Both the position numbers and the translations under genes were made by a program. The notes under the pieces are model-generated. The model was not told the DNA's origin, did no database searches, and saw only the letters and a program-made list of their open reading frames with translations. From contig CAVPZX010000001.1 in NCBI GenBank assembly GCA_963710375.1, forward strand, positions 76,210 to 140,209: 64,000 bases of DNA, written 5' to 3'. This stretch comes from Nitrospirota bacterium. GTDB taxonomy: Bacteria > Nitrospirota > Thermodesulfovibrionia > Thermodesulfovibrionales > Dissulfurispiraceae. Numbering within the stretch: position 1 is the first letter of the stretch; each line of letters starts with the position of its first letter. Positions 22,890 to 32,713 of this stretch are shown here, in pieces.

Positions 22890-23753
22890 TTACGCTATAA
22901 GATCATTCCAGTCTTTCGAAAACCTTTCCATACCCTTGACCGTCAGGTCATGGGCAATATCATAGTCCCGCCAATTCTTCGAAAGATCGATATCTTTATA
23001 TGGGATGTCTTTCAGTGAGTCATGCTTGTAAATATAATTGGCGTCAGGAAAAGGCATGCCCCTCTGTCCCCATTGCCGTATTATTTCATACGGGGAGGTG
23101 ATTATGTCGGAGCCAAGTTTCAGAGCGTAGAGAAAGTGGTCCATGCTGCGAACGCTGGCAGTCAGCACTTCCACATGGCCGTCGCCCTGGCGGTACATCT
23201 TTAAAATACTCGCAATCAAATCCATCCCGTTTTCTCCCCTGTCGTCAAGCCTGCCAATAAAAGGAGAGACAAATACCTGCCCTTTCCGGGCGCCTCTCGT
23301 TGCGGCGTAAACAGCCGCCGCCTGCTCCTGCGTGAAGCAAAGAGTCATGTTGACGCGAAGTCCTTCTTTGATTGCCTGTTCCGCTGCTTTCAGTCCCTCC
23401 GTTGATGTCGGGAACTTTATGTGCGCATTGGGTATCCAGGAAAACATATCCCTGCCCATTGCCAGCATTTTTTCTGCCGGAGTCGATGAATCAGCATAGA
23501 CTTCAACAGAGACAGACCCCAGGGGTATCAAAGCAGAGATGGTCTTTACCACGTTGCGGTAAAAATCAAATATCTCATCCTGCGTGAATTTCGATCCGTG
23601 CGCAAGGCGATCTTTGGCCCTTGGGTTTTTCGAGATGAGAGTAGGATTTGTTGTCTGTCCGTCAAGAAAACCCAGAAGAGAGATGACTCCTACGGCCTCA
23701 TCAGGGTCGCCTCCGTCCAGAAATATTCTTGACCTTAGGTTCTGCGGTTTCAT
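22890..23753 (-). CDS. tal: Transaldolase
   Basis: FLD, TTNPTL, VSVEV, IKFP, VNMTLCF, SPFIGRLDD, ASVR. Confidence 0.92.
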   Translation of the reverse strand: MKPQNLRSRIFLDGGDPDEAVGVISLLGFLDGQTTNPTLISKNPRAKDRLAHGSKFTQDEIFDFYRNVVKTISALIPLGSVSVEVYADSSTPAEKMLAMGRDMFSWIPNAHIKFPTSTEGLKAAEQAIKEGLRVNMTLCFTQEQAAAVYAATRGARKGQVFVSPFIGRLDDRGENGMDLIASILKMYRQGDGHVEVLTASVRSMDHFLYALKLGSDIITSPYEIIRQWGQRGMPFPDANYIYKHDSLKDIPYKDIDLSKNWRDYDIAHDLTVKGMERFSKDWNDLIA

Positions 23754-25615
23754 AAAACCTCCCTTACCTTTTTTATAATAGCGTTCTTTGAAATCTCCTC
23801 GTAATCAAGCAACTCTTCCGGTTTTCCGCTTTTGGGCATCTTACGCACCGCCAGCGAGTATATCGGTGTGGGCTCACCGGCAAGGGCGCTCCTGACCGCC
23901 TCTCCGATGCCGCCTTCTTCGTGATGGTCCTCTACTGTTATGACTGCCCTGGTACCCATTATCGTCCATTTAAGGGCCTCACTGTCGATCGGCTTTATAC
24001 AGTAAAGATCGACAACCCGGATATTAATGCCTTCTCTTGCAAGTTCCTCGCAGGCTGCGAGCGCTTCAAAAACCGTCACACCCGCAGCGATGACCGTGAC
24101 ACTATCGTTGACGCTCTGCCTGAGGGTCTTGGATTTTCCGATGGGGAATGACTCATGCGCACCATAAAGGATTGGGGTATTTTCTCTTGTGGTGCGTATG
24201 TAGACCATCCCTTTGTGCAGCGCAGCCTCTTCTACCAGTTTTTCGGTTGAGATGGCATCGGAAGGATACAGCACGACACAGTTCAGCACCGACCTGAACA
24301 TTGCGATGTCCTCGAGGCCCATTTGGGAGGGACCATCCTGTCCTATGGATACCCCTGCATGGGACCCGCAGAATTTTATGTTCGACTCCGAATACTGGGT
24401 CATTCTTATCTGGTCGAAGGCACGGGTAAAGAATGCCGCGAAAGTAGATACAAAAGGTATTTTCCCCCTGCAAACTAAACCCAATGCAGAGCCTACCATA
24501 TTCTGCTCCGCAATATACATCTCGAAAAACAGGTCCGGGAAGGCATTCTTAAATTCATCGGAATAAGTTGAATTGCTCACCTCGCCATCAAGCACCACCA
24601 TATCCGGGAATTCAGGGAATATCCGCTTCAGTGCATTGCCGTATGCCTTTCTCGTTGCAACAGGTTTTCCATTATCGTATCCGAGTGGACCGGCATTGCC
24701 GGGGGAGTTCTTCTCAGGGTAAAGGTCTTCAGGTTTGGCTATTTGTCCCCTCAATGAGGTATCGACAGTCCCCAGGTCCCTGAGTGCCTGATCGAGTTGC
24801 TCCTTGTTCAACGCCTTGCCGTGCCAGCCGTTTTTATCCTCAACAAAAGATACTCCCTTGCCTTTGATAGTCCTGGCGATTATCATCACAGGCTTGTCCC
24901 TGCTCTCCACTGCTTTGTAATAAGCAGGCAGTATCTCATCAAAGTTGTGCCCGTCTATGACAATCGTCTCCCAGCCGAATGAAGCAATTCTTGATTCATA
25001 TGCCCCGGTATCATGGCCATACATAGTTTCACCGCGCTGTCCCAGGCGATTAACGTCGAGAATGCCGATGAGGTTATTGAGCCTGTAATGAGCGGCCAAC
25101 TGCATCGCCTCCCATTGCGAGCCTTCCGCCATCTCGCTGTCACCAAGCAGCACGTAAGTTCGATAGGGGAGCTTGTCAACATATTTGGCGTTCAGGGCCA
25201 TTCCTGATCCGATGGAGAGCCCCTGTCCCAACGAGCCGGTTGCCGCCTCGGCATAACGGAAAGTTACCGTAGGATGACCCTCCAGCGTGCTTCCGAACTG
25301 CCTGTACGTCATCAATTCCTGCACGCTTATTTTTCCGGCTGCGGTCCATAAGGAATAAAGGAGCGGAGAAGCATGGCCTTTAGAAAAGATGAGGCGGTCA
25401 TTGTTGGGATGTTTTGGGTTTTCTGCATTGTATTTGAATAATCCTGTAAACATAAGTCCGACGAGCAAATCGGCAGCTGACAAAGAAGACGTAGGATGGC
25501 CCGAGCCGGCCCCGGTAGTGCAAATAAGTATAAAATAGCGGACCAGCCTGGCAAGCTTTTCGAGATCAACCGTCCCTTCTTTATGGCCGGCCACATTCTT
25601 TATTTCATCTTTCAT
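23750..25615 (-). CDS. tkt: Transketolase
   Basis: SGHPTSSLS, DRLIFSKGHA, TGSLGQG, GDSE (TPP motif), IAEQNMV, DGPSQM. Confidence 0.95.
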   Translation of the reverse strand: MKDEIKNVAGHKEGTVDLEKLARLVRYFILICTTGAGSGHPTSSLSAADLLVGLMFTGLFKYNAENPKHPNNDRLIFSKGHASPLLYSLWTAAGKISVQELMTYRQFGSTLEGHPTVTFRYAEAATGSLGQGLSIGSGMALNAKYVDKLPYRTYVLLGDSEMAEGSQWEAMQLAAHYRLNNLIGILDVNRLGQRGETMYGHDTGAYESRIASFGWETIVIDGHNFDEILPAYYKAVESRDKPVMIIARTIKGKGVSFVEDKNGWHGKALNKEQLDQALRDLGTVDTSLRGQIAKPEDLYPEKNSPGNAGPLGYDNGKPVATRKAYGNALKRIFPEFPDMVVLDGEVSNSTYSDEFKNAFPDLFFEMYIAEQNMVGSALGLVCRGKIPFVSTFAAFFTRAFDQIRMTQYSESNIKFCGSHAGVSIGQDGPSQMGLEDIAMFRSVLNCVVLYPSDAISTEKLVEEAALHKGMVYIRTTRENTPILYGAHESFPIGKSKTLRQSVNDSVTVIAAGVTVFEALAACEELAREGINIRVVDLYCIKPIDSEALKWTIMGTRAVITVEDHHEEGGIGEAVRSALAGEPTPIYSLAVRKMPKSGKPEELLDYEEISKNAIIKKVREVL

Positions 25616-25857
25616 TTGGCACCTCACTTTTAATGGCTTAAGAATCAAGCGTCCCGGTAGCTGAATACCATAAATTGTATCACATATTTTAATGTTCCGT
25701 TACTTTGCGCCCGGCAGAAGATTTATGTCTGAATTGACATGTATTAACCTTTTTTTTTTGGATTGCGCTTTGTATTCCTCTCAGAATTGAATTATAATTC
25801 TCTCACTATGTGTGATGCAGTAAATCGATGTCAGTTGTGCACGATAAGAGGTCAGAG

Positions 25858-27331
25858 ATGTACATAGTCATGATAACTCCGGAATGTGCCCCTGCCGCTA
25901 AAGTGGGCGGCCTCGCAGACGTTGTGTACGGTCTTTGCCACGAGACTCGATATCCGGGGAAACGATGTCGAAATCATACTGCCGAAATACGACTGCATGC
26001 GGTATGATCAGATCTATGGGCTGCAAATGGCCTATAACGACCTATGGGTCCCTTTTTATGAGCGATGGGTGCATTGCTCAGTATTTTTCGGTTTCGTGCA
26101 CGGAAGGAAATGTTATTTTATCGACCCCCATTCGGAGAAGAACTTCTTTAACAGGGGTATTTTTTACGGCCATAGCGACGATCCCGAGCGGTTTGCTTTT
26201 TTCTGCAGGGCTGCCCTTGAGTTTATGCTCAAGTCGAATAAGCATCCCGACATAATCCACTGCCACGACTGGCAGACCGGAATCGTGCCGGTACTTCTCT
26301 TTGATATGTTCAAGGGTTATGGCATGACACATCCCCGCGTCTGTTACACCCTGCACAACCTCATGCATCAGGGAGTGACCGGGGAGTTTATATTGCGTGC
26401 TGTTGGACTCCACAGGCCGGATTATTATCTTCACCCCGACCGGCTCAGGGATAACTTCAATCATTCCGCATTGAACCTCATGAAGGCCGGTATTGTATAT
26501 TCGAATTTTGTGACTACCGTGTCTCCCAGTTATGCATGGGAGATCAAGCATTCCGAACTGTCATACGGACTCGGTCACACCCTTCACGTCCATGGGCAGA
26601 AGTTCGGTGGTATCCTTAACGGCATTGACTACGACGTATGGAACCCCGAGATCGACCGGTACATCCCATACCGGTATAAAATAGAAACGATTCAGGACAA
26701 ATACGGTAACAAAGAGGCACTTCGCAACAGGCTTCTCCTCCGGCATGTTTATAAGCCCATCGTATCGTACATAGGCAGACTGGACCAACAAAAAGGGGTA
26801 GGACTGATAAGGGATGCAATATTCTATTGCCTGTCAAACGGCTGCCAATTCGTCCTTCTTGGTTCTGGTCCGGACCACGGTATTCACAATCATTTTCTCC
26901 ATCTCAAGCACCAGCTGAATGACAACCCCGACTGCCATATCGAGATCGGATTTAACGAGGAACTCTCGCACCTCATATATGCCGGATCGGATATGATAAT
27001 TGTCCCCAGCCTGTTCGAGCCCTGCGGGCTGACCCAAATGATAGCCCTGAAATACGGGACAGTGCCTGTAGTGAGGGCGACCGGTGGTTTGCGGGACACG
27101 GTCTTTGATGCCGACTATAGCCATAGGCCCTATCACGAGCGGAACGGATATGTATTCAACGACTTCAATTTCGAGGGAATGCAGTCGGCGCTTACGCGCG
27201 CAATCGGCATGTGGTATTCTTATCCGCAACACTTCAGGGAACTGATGGTAAACGGCATGCGCTATGATTTTTCATGGAACCACCCCGCATACCACTACCT
27301 GAATATCTATGCACATATCAGGGACAAGTGA
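25858..27331 (+). CDS. glgA: Glycogen synthase; +1 frameshift near 25945
   Basis: MYIVMITPECAPAAKVGGLADV from ATG 25858 joins LDIRGNDVEIILPKY if one A is removed; HCHDWQT, PSLFEPCGLTQM, TGGL. Confidence 0.94.
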
Positions 27332-27362
27332 GGGCTTTGTTTAGTACCTCAGTCGCGCCTCC

Positions 27363-29354
27363 TTATTTTTGTCCGCATTCACTCTTGAGACCATCGATAA
27401 GACTTGCTATTTCGTCTGATACATTCTCCATCTCCGTGTAAATCCTGTCCGCTTTTGCCTTATCGCCCATATTGTGTGCCTGGACAGCTTCTTTTGCCAT
27501 AGCATGTATTTTTTTATGCGGCTCGCTTAATGCCTTAAAGCCGCGGAATCTGCCGCACAGCTGCTCCCCTTCGCTAAAATACCATTTCCCGAATCTGCAT
27601 GATCTGTCGTCCGGTAATTGTGACGGTTCAATGGTTGCTTCACCATGAAGGCATGAACTTATTTTGCCCATGAATATCCTGTGGTCTGTTTTGGCCAAAT
27701 CAAGTATCATCAATCCCTGTCCTTTGACTTTGAACCCGGAAGTGAAATTCCTTAATTCCTCCGCAGTCTTTGAAAGACCGCTCACCTCATGTAAGACATC
27801 CCTTGATATGACCTCCATCTCCCTCGATATAGCCGATGTTTTTTCAATGCCGCCTGCCACCTGCTCCGCTGCTGCCGATTGTTGATCGACAGCAGTGGCA
27901 ATTTGCGTTATCTGGTCTTTAACTCCCTGCACCTCGTTCACAATGCGGTGTAAAGAATCTCCAACATTTTTTATATATTCATTAGCCTTTGTTACTTCTT
28001 CGGATGCCTCATTCATTGACTTTGAAGTCTGTTCGGATTCAGACTGTATCGTCCCGATTTTGTCTGATATTTCGGCCGTTGCCTTTATTGTTCTTTCAGC
28101 AAGTTTGCGGACTTCGTCTGCAACAACCGCGAACCCCCTTCCTTGCTCCCCTGCCCTTGCAGCTTCTATTGCGGCATTTAAAGCAAGCAGGTTTGTCTGA
28201 TCGGCTATGTCGGTAATTACTGTTACTATGTCTCCCACCTCCGCAGCGCGGCCATTAAGTTTTTCGACCATTGTTGCGAGTTCCATTGTGGAAGTGTGTA
28301 CCTTTTTCACTATTCCGACCGCTCCATCGGCCACTTGCAAACCCTCCGAAGCAGTCTCCATCGCTCTGGAAGAAGTATCCGACGCCGCTGAGGCATTTTT
28401 TGCTATGTCCGTTATCGTATGGGTCATTTCCTCAGCGGCAGTCGAAATTTGAGCAGCCTGATCAGCCTGGCTGCTTGCCCCGTCTTCCGCTTTTTGCGCC
28501 CTCACCCTCAACATATCGACGGTTGATACCAAATCGTTTGCAGAGGTCACTATAGTACCTATTATTTTATTGAATGACTTGTTCATTCCACTGAATGAAG
28601 ATAGTAATTGTCCGGTCTCATCAGTGCTGGTGACTTCAATATCGGAAGTCAGGTCGCCTTCAGCCATCTTGTTGGATATGTTAATTGTTTCAATGAGAGG
28701 GCGGGTTATGCCGCGGGCAATTAAAAAACTGATGACAAATCCGATGGCAACCGACACCAAGCCTATTATCCCTAAAATGGTTTTGGCTTTCAGTGATATG
28801 CTCGCCACTGTATTCTTGGCGGAAGCAAATCTGCCGACACCCTCGTTAAAAAAGTTTTCGGCAGATGCCTCCGTATTGTTTATAGCGTCTTTGTACTGAG
28901 TGATCGCGGCATTGGCTTCCTGAGGGGTTTTTATCCTGCCTGCCCCTATGTCACTGTATACTTTATTAAACCCGGAGTAATAAAGCGATAAAGAATTATT
29001 CATAGTTTTTACAGAATCTTTTTCTTTGGAGGTTTGTAAAACTGTTTCCAGGCTCTTTAGCGCCTTAGTGGCGGCTTCATAGTGTGAGCTCCATTTTTTG
29101 AAAGATTCGCTTCTTTTATCCTGAGAATCGATATTCAAAAACAGGTCCTTCTCAAAACGGCGCATGCCGAGGACTTCGGTCATTAACCGTGAAGCGTGCT
29201 CCGCTATACGCCCGTCTACATCGGTTACTTCAGCAATAGTATCTGAAGACATGGAAATACAATAGTAACCCACTATCCCCATTGCTATAATAAGAAAAGA
29301 CATTAAGCCGGTTAATAAAAGCAACCTAGTACCGATTTTAGCGTTTTTTAACAT
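27363..29354 (-). CDS. Methyl-accepting chemotaxis protein with C-terminal CZB zinc-binding domain
   Basis: Two TMs, HAMP, MCP core, KTDH..CRFGKWY..HKKIH. Confidence 0.93.
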   Translation of the reverse strand: MLKNAKIGTRLLLLTGLMSFLIIAMGIVGYYCISMSSDTIAEVTDVDGRIAEHASRLMTEVLGMRRFEKDLFLNIDSQDKRSESFKKWSSHYEAATKALKSLETVLQTSKEKDSVKTMNNSLSLYYSGFNKVYSDIGAGRIKTPQEANAAITQYKDAINNTEASAENFFNEGVGRFASAKNTVASISLKAKTILGIIGLVSVAIGFVISFLIARGITRPLIETINISNKMAEGDLTSDIEVTSTDETGQLLSSFSGMNKSFNKIIGTIVTSANDLVSTVDMLRVRAQKAEDGASSQADQAAQISTAAEEMTHTITDIAKNASAASDTSSRAMETASEGLQVADGAVGIVKKVHTSTMELATMVEKLNGRAAEVGDIVTVITDIADQTNLLALNAAIEAARAGEQGRGFAVVADEVRKLAERTIKATAEISDKIGTIQSESEQTSKSMNEASEEVTKANEYIKNVGDSLHRIVNEVQGVKDQITQIATAVDQQSAAAEQVAGGIEKTSAISREMEVISRDVLHEVSGLSKTAEELRNFTSGFKVKGQGLMILDLAKTDHRIFMGKISSCLHGEATIEPSQLPDDRSCRFGKWYFSEGEQLCGRFRGFKALSEPHKKIHAMAKEAVQAHNMGDKAKADRIYTEMENVSDEIASLIDGLKSECGQK

Positions 29355-29493
29355 TGTTGCCCTCCATTATTTTTCAAATCTTGCCATTATTATGATATAG
29401 ATAGTAATTTTATCTGCGTTTTATAATTTGCAATTTTACTGCCGTACCAAATAGCTGATTTTCAATTGTTAGATTTGATTGACGCAATAATGC

Positions 29494-29610
29494 AGCAAGT
29501 GCTATGCCAGGCTAGACGATGCATTATCCTTTTGATTTATTGGGATTTCTGAGAAATGTTACACAACGTGGATGTGGATTAATTCCAATGTTTTTGGAAA
29601 AATTCCATAA
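29494..29610 (-). promoter_or_regulatory. sigma54 promoter with upstream activator sites (module copy 3)
   Basis: TGGCATAGCACTTGCT at 29509-29494; TGGAATTTTTCCA and TGGAATTAATCCA boxes upstream. Confidence 0.85.
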
Positions 29611-29623
29611 TTGCATATTGTCT

Positions 29624-30526
29624 TCAGGAATCTAAAGAAATTGAACCTGCCTGAGTCCTGCGCGAACCGTTGACACCTGCTAGTGGAAAATCCCGGAGAT
29701 GAGCATCCAGCAGAGCACTTACTGCATCTCCGGATGCAAGTTTTATTTTTATTGTGCGGTAGATCAGCGCTGACGGCAATGAAACAATAAATATATCGAC
29801 CCACCCCAGCATGTATTCGCGGATTGCGAAGGTTACAGAGATATTGAAAACCAGAATTCCGGCAAAAAGCATGGGACCCACAAGGTATCTCCATGGATAA
29901 TGATATCCAGTATAGTCAGAGGTACCGGTCCGGTATAGGTAATAATCGATTTTCTGCAAGGCCCAGATCATAAGGAAACCTACCACGACCCAGCCGGCGA
30001 AATTTGAGATGGGAACGCCGAAATATACTCCCCTCTCAGGGTACCCATAAATCTGTCCCAGAAACCACTTGTTGCCTACAAGTGCAACAGGATCGATAAT
30101 GATATCGAGGTAAACAAAGAGGATCGCCCCGAGTATTCTGACAGCAGGTGAATTTCTGATTTCCCTTGTTTCAAGAATATATAGCGTTTTCTTCAGGCGC
30201 ATGACCGGAGCACTGACAAGGAGGGCCACGGAGTAACTTGCATACGCAAGGAATACATAGCTCATCGAATCTATCAGGGGTACTCCGAGCACCCAGATTT
30301 CGCTGCCTTTTGTCTGCTCAATATAGAAGTAATATCCGTATGGAATGCCGTTGTGAATTGAGGAGTATTCCGACAGCCAGGCAATTCCGTATCCTGCAAC
30401 TGAGAAAAGCAGCGCTCTTTTTAATCCCAGGTGAAGCGAACAGCCCAGCATATAGATCAACAGGAACACAAATACGTACGGTCTCAACGCAATTGTGTGC
30501 AGGACAAGCAGAAGAAAGTCTGCCAT
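29624..30526 (-). CDS. CruF/DUF422-like membrane hydratase family protein
   Basis: E...H.GIPYGYY, LGVPL, DIIIDP, FGVPISNFAGW, multiple TMs. Confidence 0.8.
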   Translation of the reverse strand: MADFLLLVLHTIALRPYVFVFLLIYMLGCSLHLGLKRALLFSVAGYGIAWLSEYSSIHNGIPYGYYFYIEQTKGSEIWVLGVPLIDSMSYVFLAYASYSVALLVSAPVMRLKKTLYILETREIRNSPAVRILGAILFVYLDIIIDPVALVGNKWFLGQIYGYPERGVYFGVPISNFAGWVVVGFLMIWALQKIDYYLYRTGTSDYTGYHYPWRYLVGPMLFAGILVFNISVTFAIREYMLGWVDIFIVSLPSALIYRTIKIKLASGDAVSALLDAHLRDFPLAGVNGSRRTQAGSISLDS

Positions 30527-31530
30527 CAGCTGCGCTTAAAGTTCCAGATTAATAATCTCAGGAGGTCTTTTGGGTTTGCGAAGGAGGTCCTCATGACAGT
30601 TGCTTCGTACCCGCTGTGTACCAGACAGTTTGCACATCTTGGGTCCTTGCCTGTGCCATACTTGTCCCAGGGGGTTTTCTCCATCATTTCCCTGAAGGTG
30701 GCATAATAGGTGTCGGTAATCAAATAGCAGGGCGATTTCCAGCCGAGGGGATTGCGTGTCGGGTTGCCCCATGGAGTGCATTGCATCTCCCTGCCGCCCT
30801 TCAGCAAGTCTACGTAGAGCGGAGAATTCATAAATGGGAATTTCTGGAAGAAGGACGCCATTTGATTGAATTTATCATGTATCTCATCTCTGTTGAGAAA
30901 GATATTGTTTTCTACGCTCTCATAGCTGAAAGCCGGGGCCATAAGCGTGCCGTCAACTTTGATATTGGTGAGGATTTCGAACAGGCGTTCAAGTTCTTTT
31001 ACGTCGGAGTTTTTATAAACTGAAGTGTTTGTGCTTACTCTGAACCCACGCTGCTTTGCCTTTTTTATGGTTTCAATGGCCTTTCTGTAAGTCCCGCTTT
31101 TGTTGGTAATAGCATCATGGGTTTCTTCAAGTCCGTCCAGATGAATATTGATGGTGAGTCTGGAGCTTGGCTCGAACTCCTCAATAAAGGATTCCGTAAG
31201 GAGGCCATTAGAGCAAAGGTACACATGTTTTTTCATCCTTAGAATTTCTCTGACGAGCGGTATAAGTTCCTTGTAAAGGAGAGGTTCTCCCCCTGTTACA
31301 GTGACCACAGGGGCATCTGACTCGGTAACAGCCCCGATGCATTGCTCAAGAGAAAGGTCAGGGGACTGCCGATCATCGTGCAGGCGTATCCTGTCACATC
31401 CGGCACAGGCGAGATTGCACCTGTGAGTAGGCTCAAGCATCAGCACCAGCGGAAAGCGCTTTCTTCCCGACCTGGCGTTCCTGACAAAAGATTTAGTAAG
31501 CGATATGTATAAACTGACCGGAAAACGCAT
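30526..31530 (-). CDS. hpnH: Adenosylhopane-forming radical SAM enzyme
   Basis: RFPLVLMLEP..RCNLACAGC, CTPWGNPTRN..GW..PCY, DPRCANC.VHSGYE. Confidence 0.92.
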   Translation of the reverse strand: MRFPVSLYISLTKSFVRNARSGRKRFPLVLMLEPTHRCNLACAGCDRIRLHDDRQSPDLSLEQCIGAVTESDAPVVTVTGGEPLLYKELIPLVREILRMKKHVYLCSNGLLTESFIEEFEPSSRLTINIHLDGLEETHDAITNKSGTYRKAIETIKKAKQRGFRVSTNTSVYKNSDVKELERLFEILTNIKVDGTLMAPAFSYESVENNIFLNRDEIHDKFNQMASFFQKFPFMNSPLYVDLLKGGREMQCTPWGNPTRNPLGWKSPCYLITDTYYATFREMMEKTPWDKYGTGKDPRCANCLVHSGYEATVMRTSFANPKDLLRLLIWNFKRS

Positions 31531-31546
31531 AAATGTTTAACCCCCC

Positions 31547-31730
31547 AGGGCTCGCGAATAAATAACTTGCACATTGATGCATCTCAGATTTATAGGCCAT
31601 CTTTGCCTGATTCTCAGTCGCAAAATCCTCAACGTAGCCATGCTACGCCTGCGGTTTTGCTCAGTCGGACCAGCCAAATCTGACCTAAATCTGAGCGCCT
31701 GAATGCACAAGTTATTTATTTGCGAGCCCT
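31547..31730. mobile_element. 184-bp MITE-like element folding into a long hairpin; overlaps the hpnA stop
   Basis: Ends AGGGCTCGCGAATAAATAACTTG / CAAGTTATTTATTTGCGAGCCCT; internal stems CTCAGATTTA/TAAATCTGAG and CGTAGC/GCTACG. Confidence 0.75.
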
Positions 31731-32713
31731 ACATAATTATTTTCTTTGAACCACTCTATCGCCTGTTCCATGGCATGCTCAACAGGACTTTGAGGCATGT
31801 GCAGTTCCTTGACAGCCCTGGAGGCATCGAAGTACATATATTTTCTGGCCATTCTCACCCCTGAGAGCGGAATTCTCGGATGCCTATGGGTAAAAAGTGT
31901 TGAGATGGTTTCGTCGATGCAGGCTGCAAACAGTACCGGCAGATATGGGAGCCTGATTTTAGGAGGTCGGCGTCCGGTAATGCGGGCAAGGGATTCGAAG
32001 AATTCCCTGAGAGTGATATTTCTGTTTCCCAATATGTAAGATTGTCCGGTCATTCCTCTTTCTGATGCGAGCCAGTGGCCCGCAGCTACATCCCCGACAT
32101 CGACGAAGTTTAGTCCTGTGTCCAGGAATGCCGGTATCCTGCCGTTGAGGAAGTCAACAATAGTCTGTCCGGTTGGGGTGGGTTTCCTGTCCTGGGGACC
32201 TATAGGGGTAGAAGGATACACAATGACTGCCGGAACTCCTTTACCGATGAATGAAAGCACCTCATTCTCGGCGATAAACTTGGACCGTTTGTAATGGCCG
32301 ACCATTTCATTTATGGTCGCCCGGCTTTCCTCATTCGAAACCTTCCCGTTTGATGATGCAGCCAGTACTCCCACTGAGCTTGTATAGATTACCTTCTCAA
32401 CGCCGAGTTTAAGCGCAGCCTCCATGCAATTTCGCGTGCCGTCAACATTGATAGAGTACATAGTTGCGGGATCGGGGACCCAAAGCCGGTAATCTGCAGC
32501 CAGGTGGTATAATTGCCGGCATCCACCGAGTGCCCGGCAGATAGATTCAAAGTCCCTGATATCTCCGGCGACCGGCTCAATGTCCAAGGCTTTCAGAGCG
32601 GTTGCATCGCTTTGTCCCCTTACCAGCGCCCTTACCTGAATTCCTTTTTCTGTTAAAAAACGGGCGACATGAAAACCGATAAAACCGGTAGCGCCGGTAA
32701 CAAGAACCCTCAC
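31712..32713 (-). CDS. hpnA: Hopanoid-associated NAD-dependent epimerase/dehydratase
   Basis: VTGATGFIG, HLAADYRLW, YKRSK, KPTPTG; adjacent to shc. Confidence 0.92.
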   Translation of the reverse strand: MRVLVTGATGFIGFHVARFLTEKGIQVRALVRGQSDATALKALDIEPVAGDIRDFESICRALGGCRQLYHLAADYRLWVPDPATMYSINVDGTRNCMEAALKLGVEKVIYTSSVGVLAASSNGKVSNEESRATINEMVGHYKRSKFIAENEVLSFIGKGVPAVIVYPSTPIGPQDRKPTPTGQTIVDFLNGRIPAFLDTGLNFVDVGDVAAGHWLASERGMTGQSYILGNRNITLREFFESLARITGRRPPKIRLPYLPVLFAACIDETISTLFTHRHPRIPLSGVRMARKYMYFDASRAVKELHMPQSPVEHAMEQAIEWFKENNYVGLANK

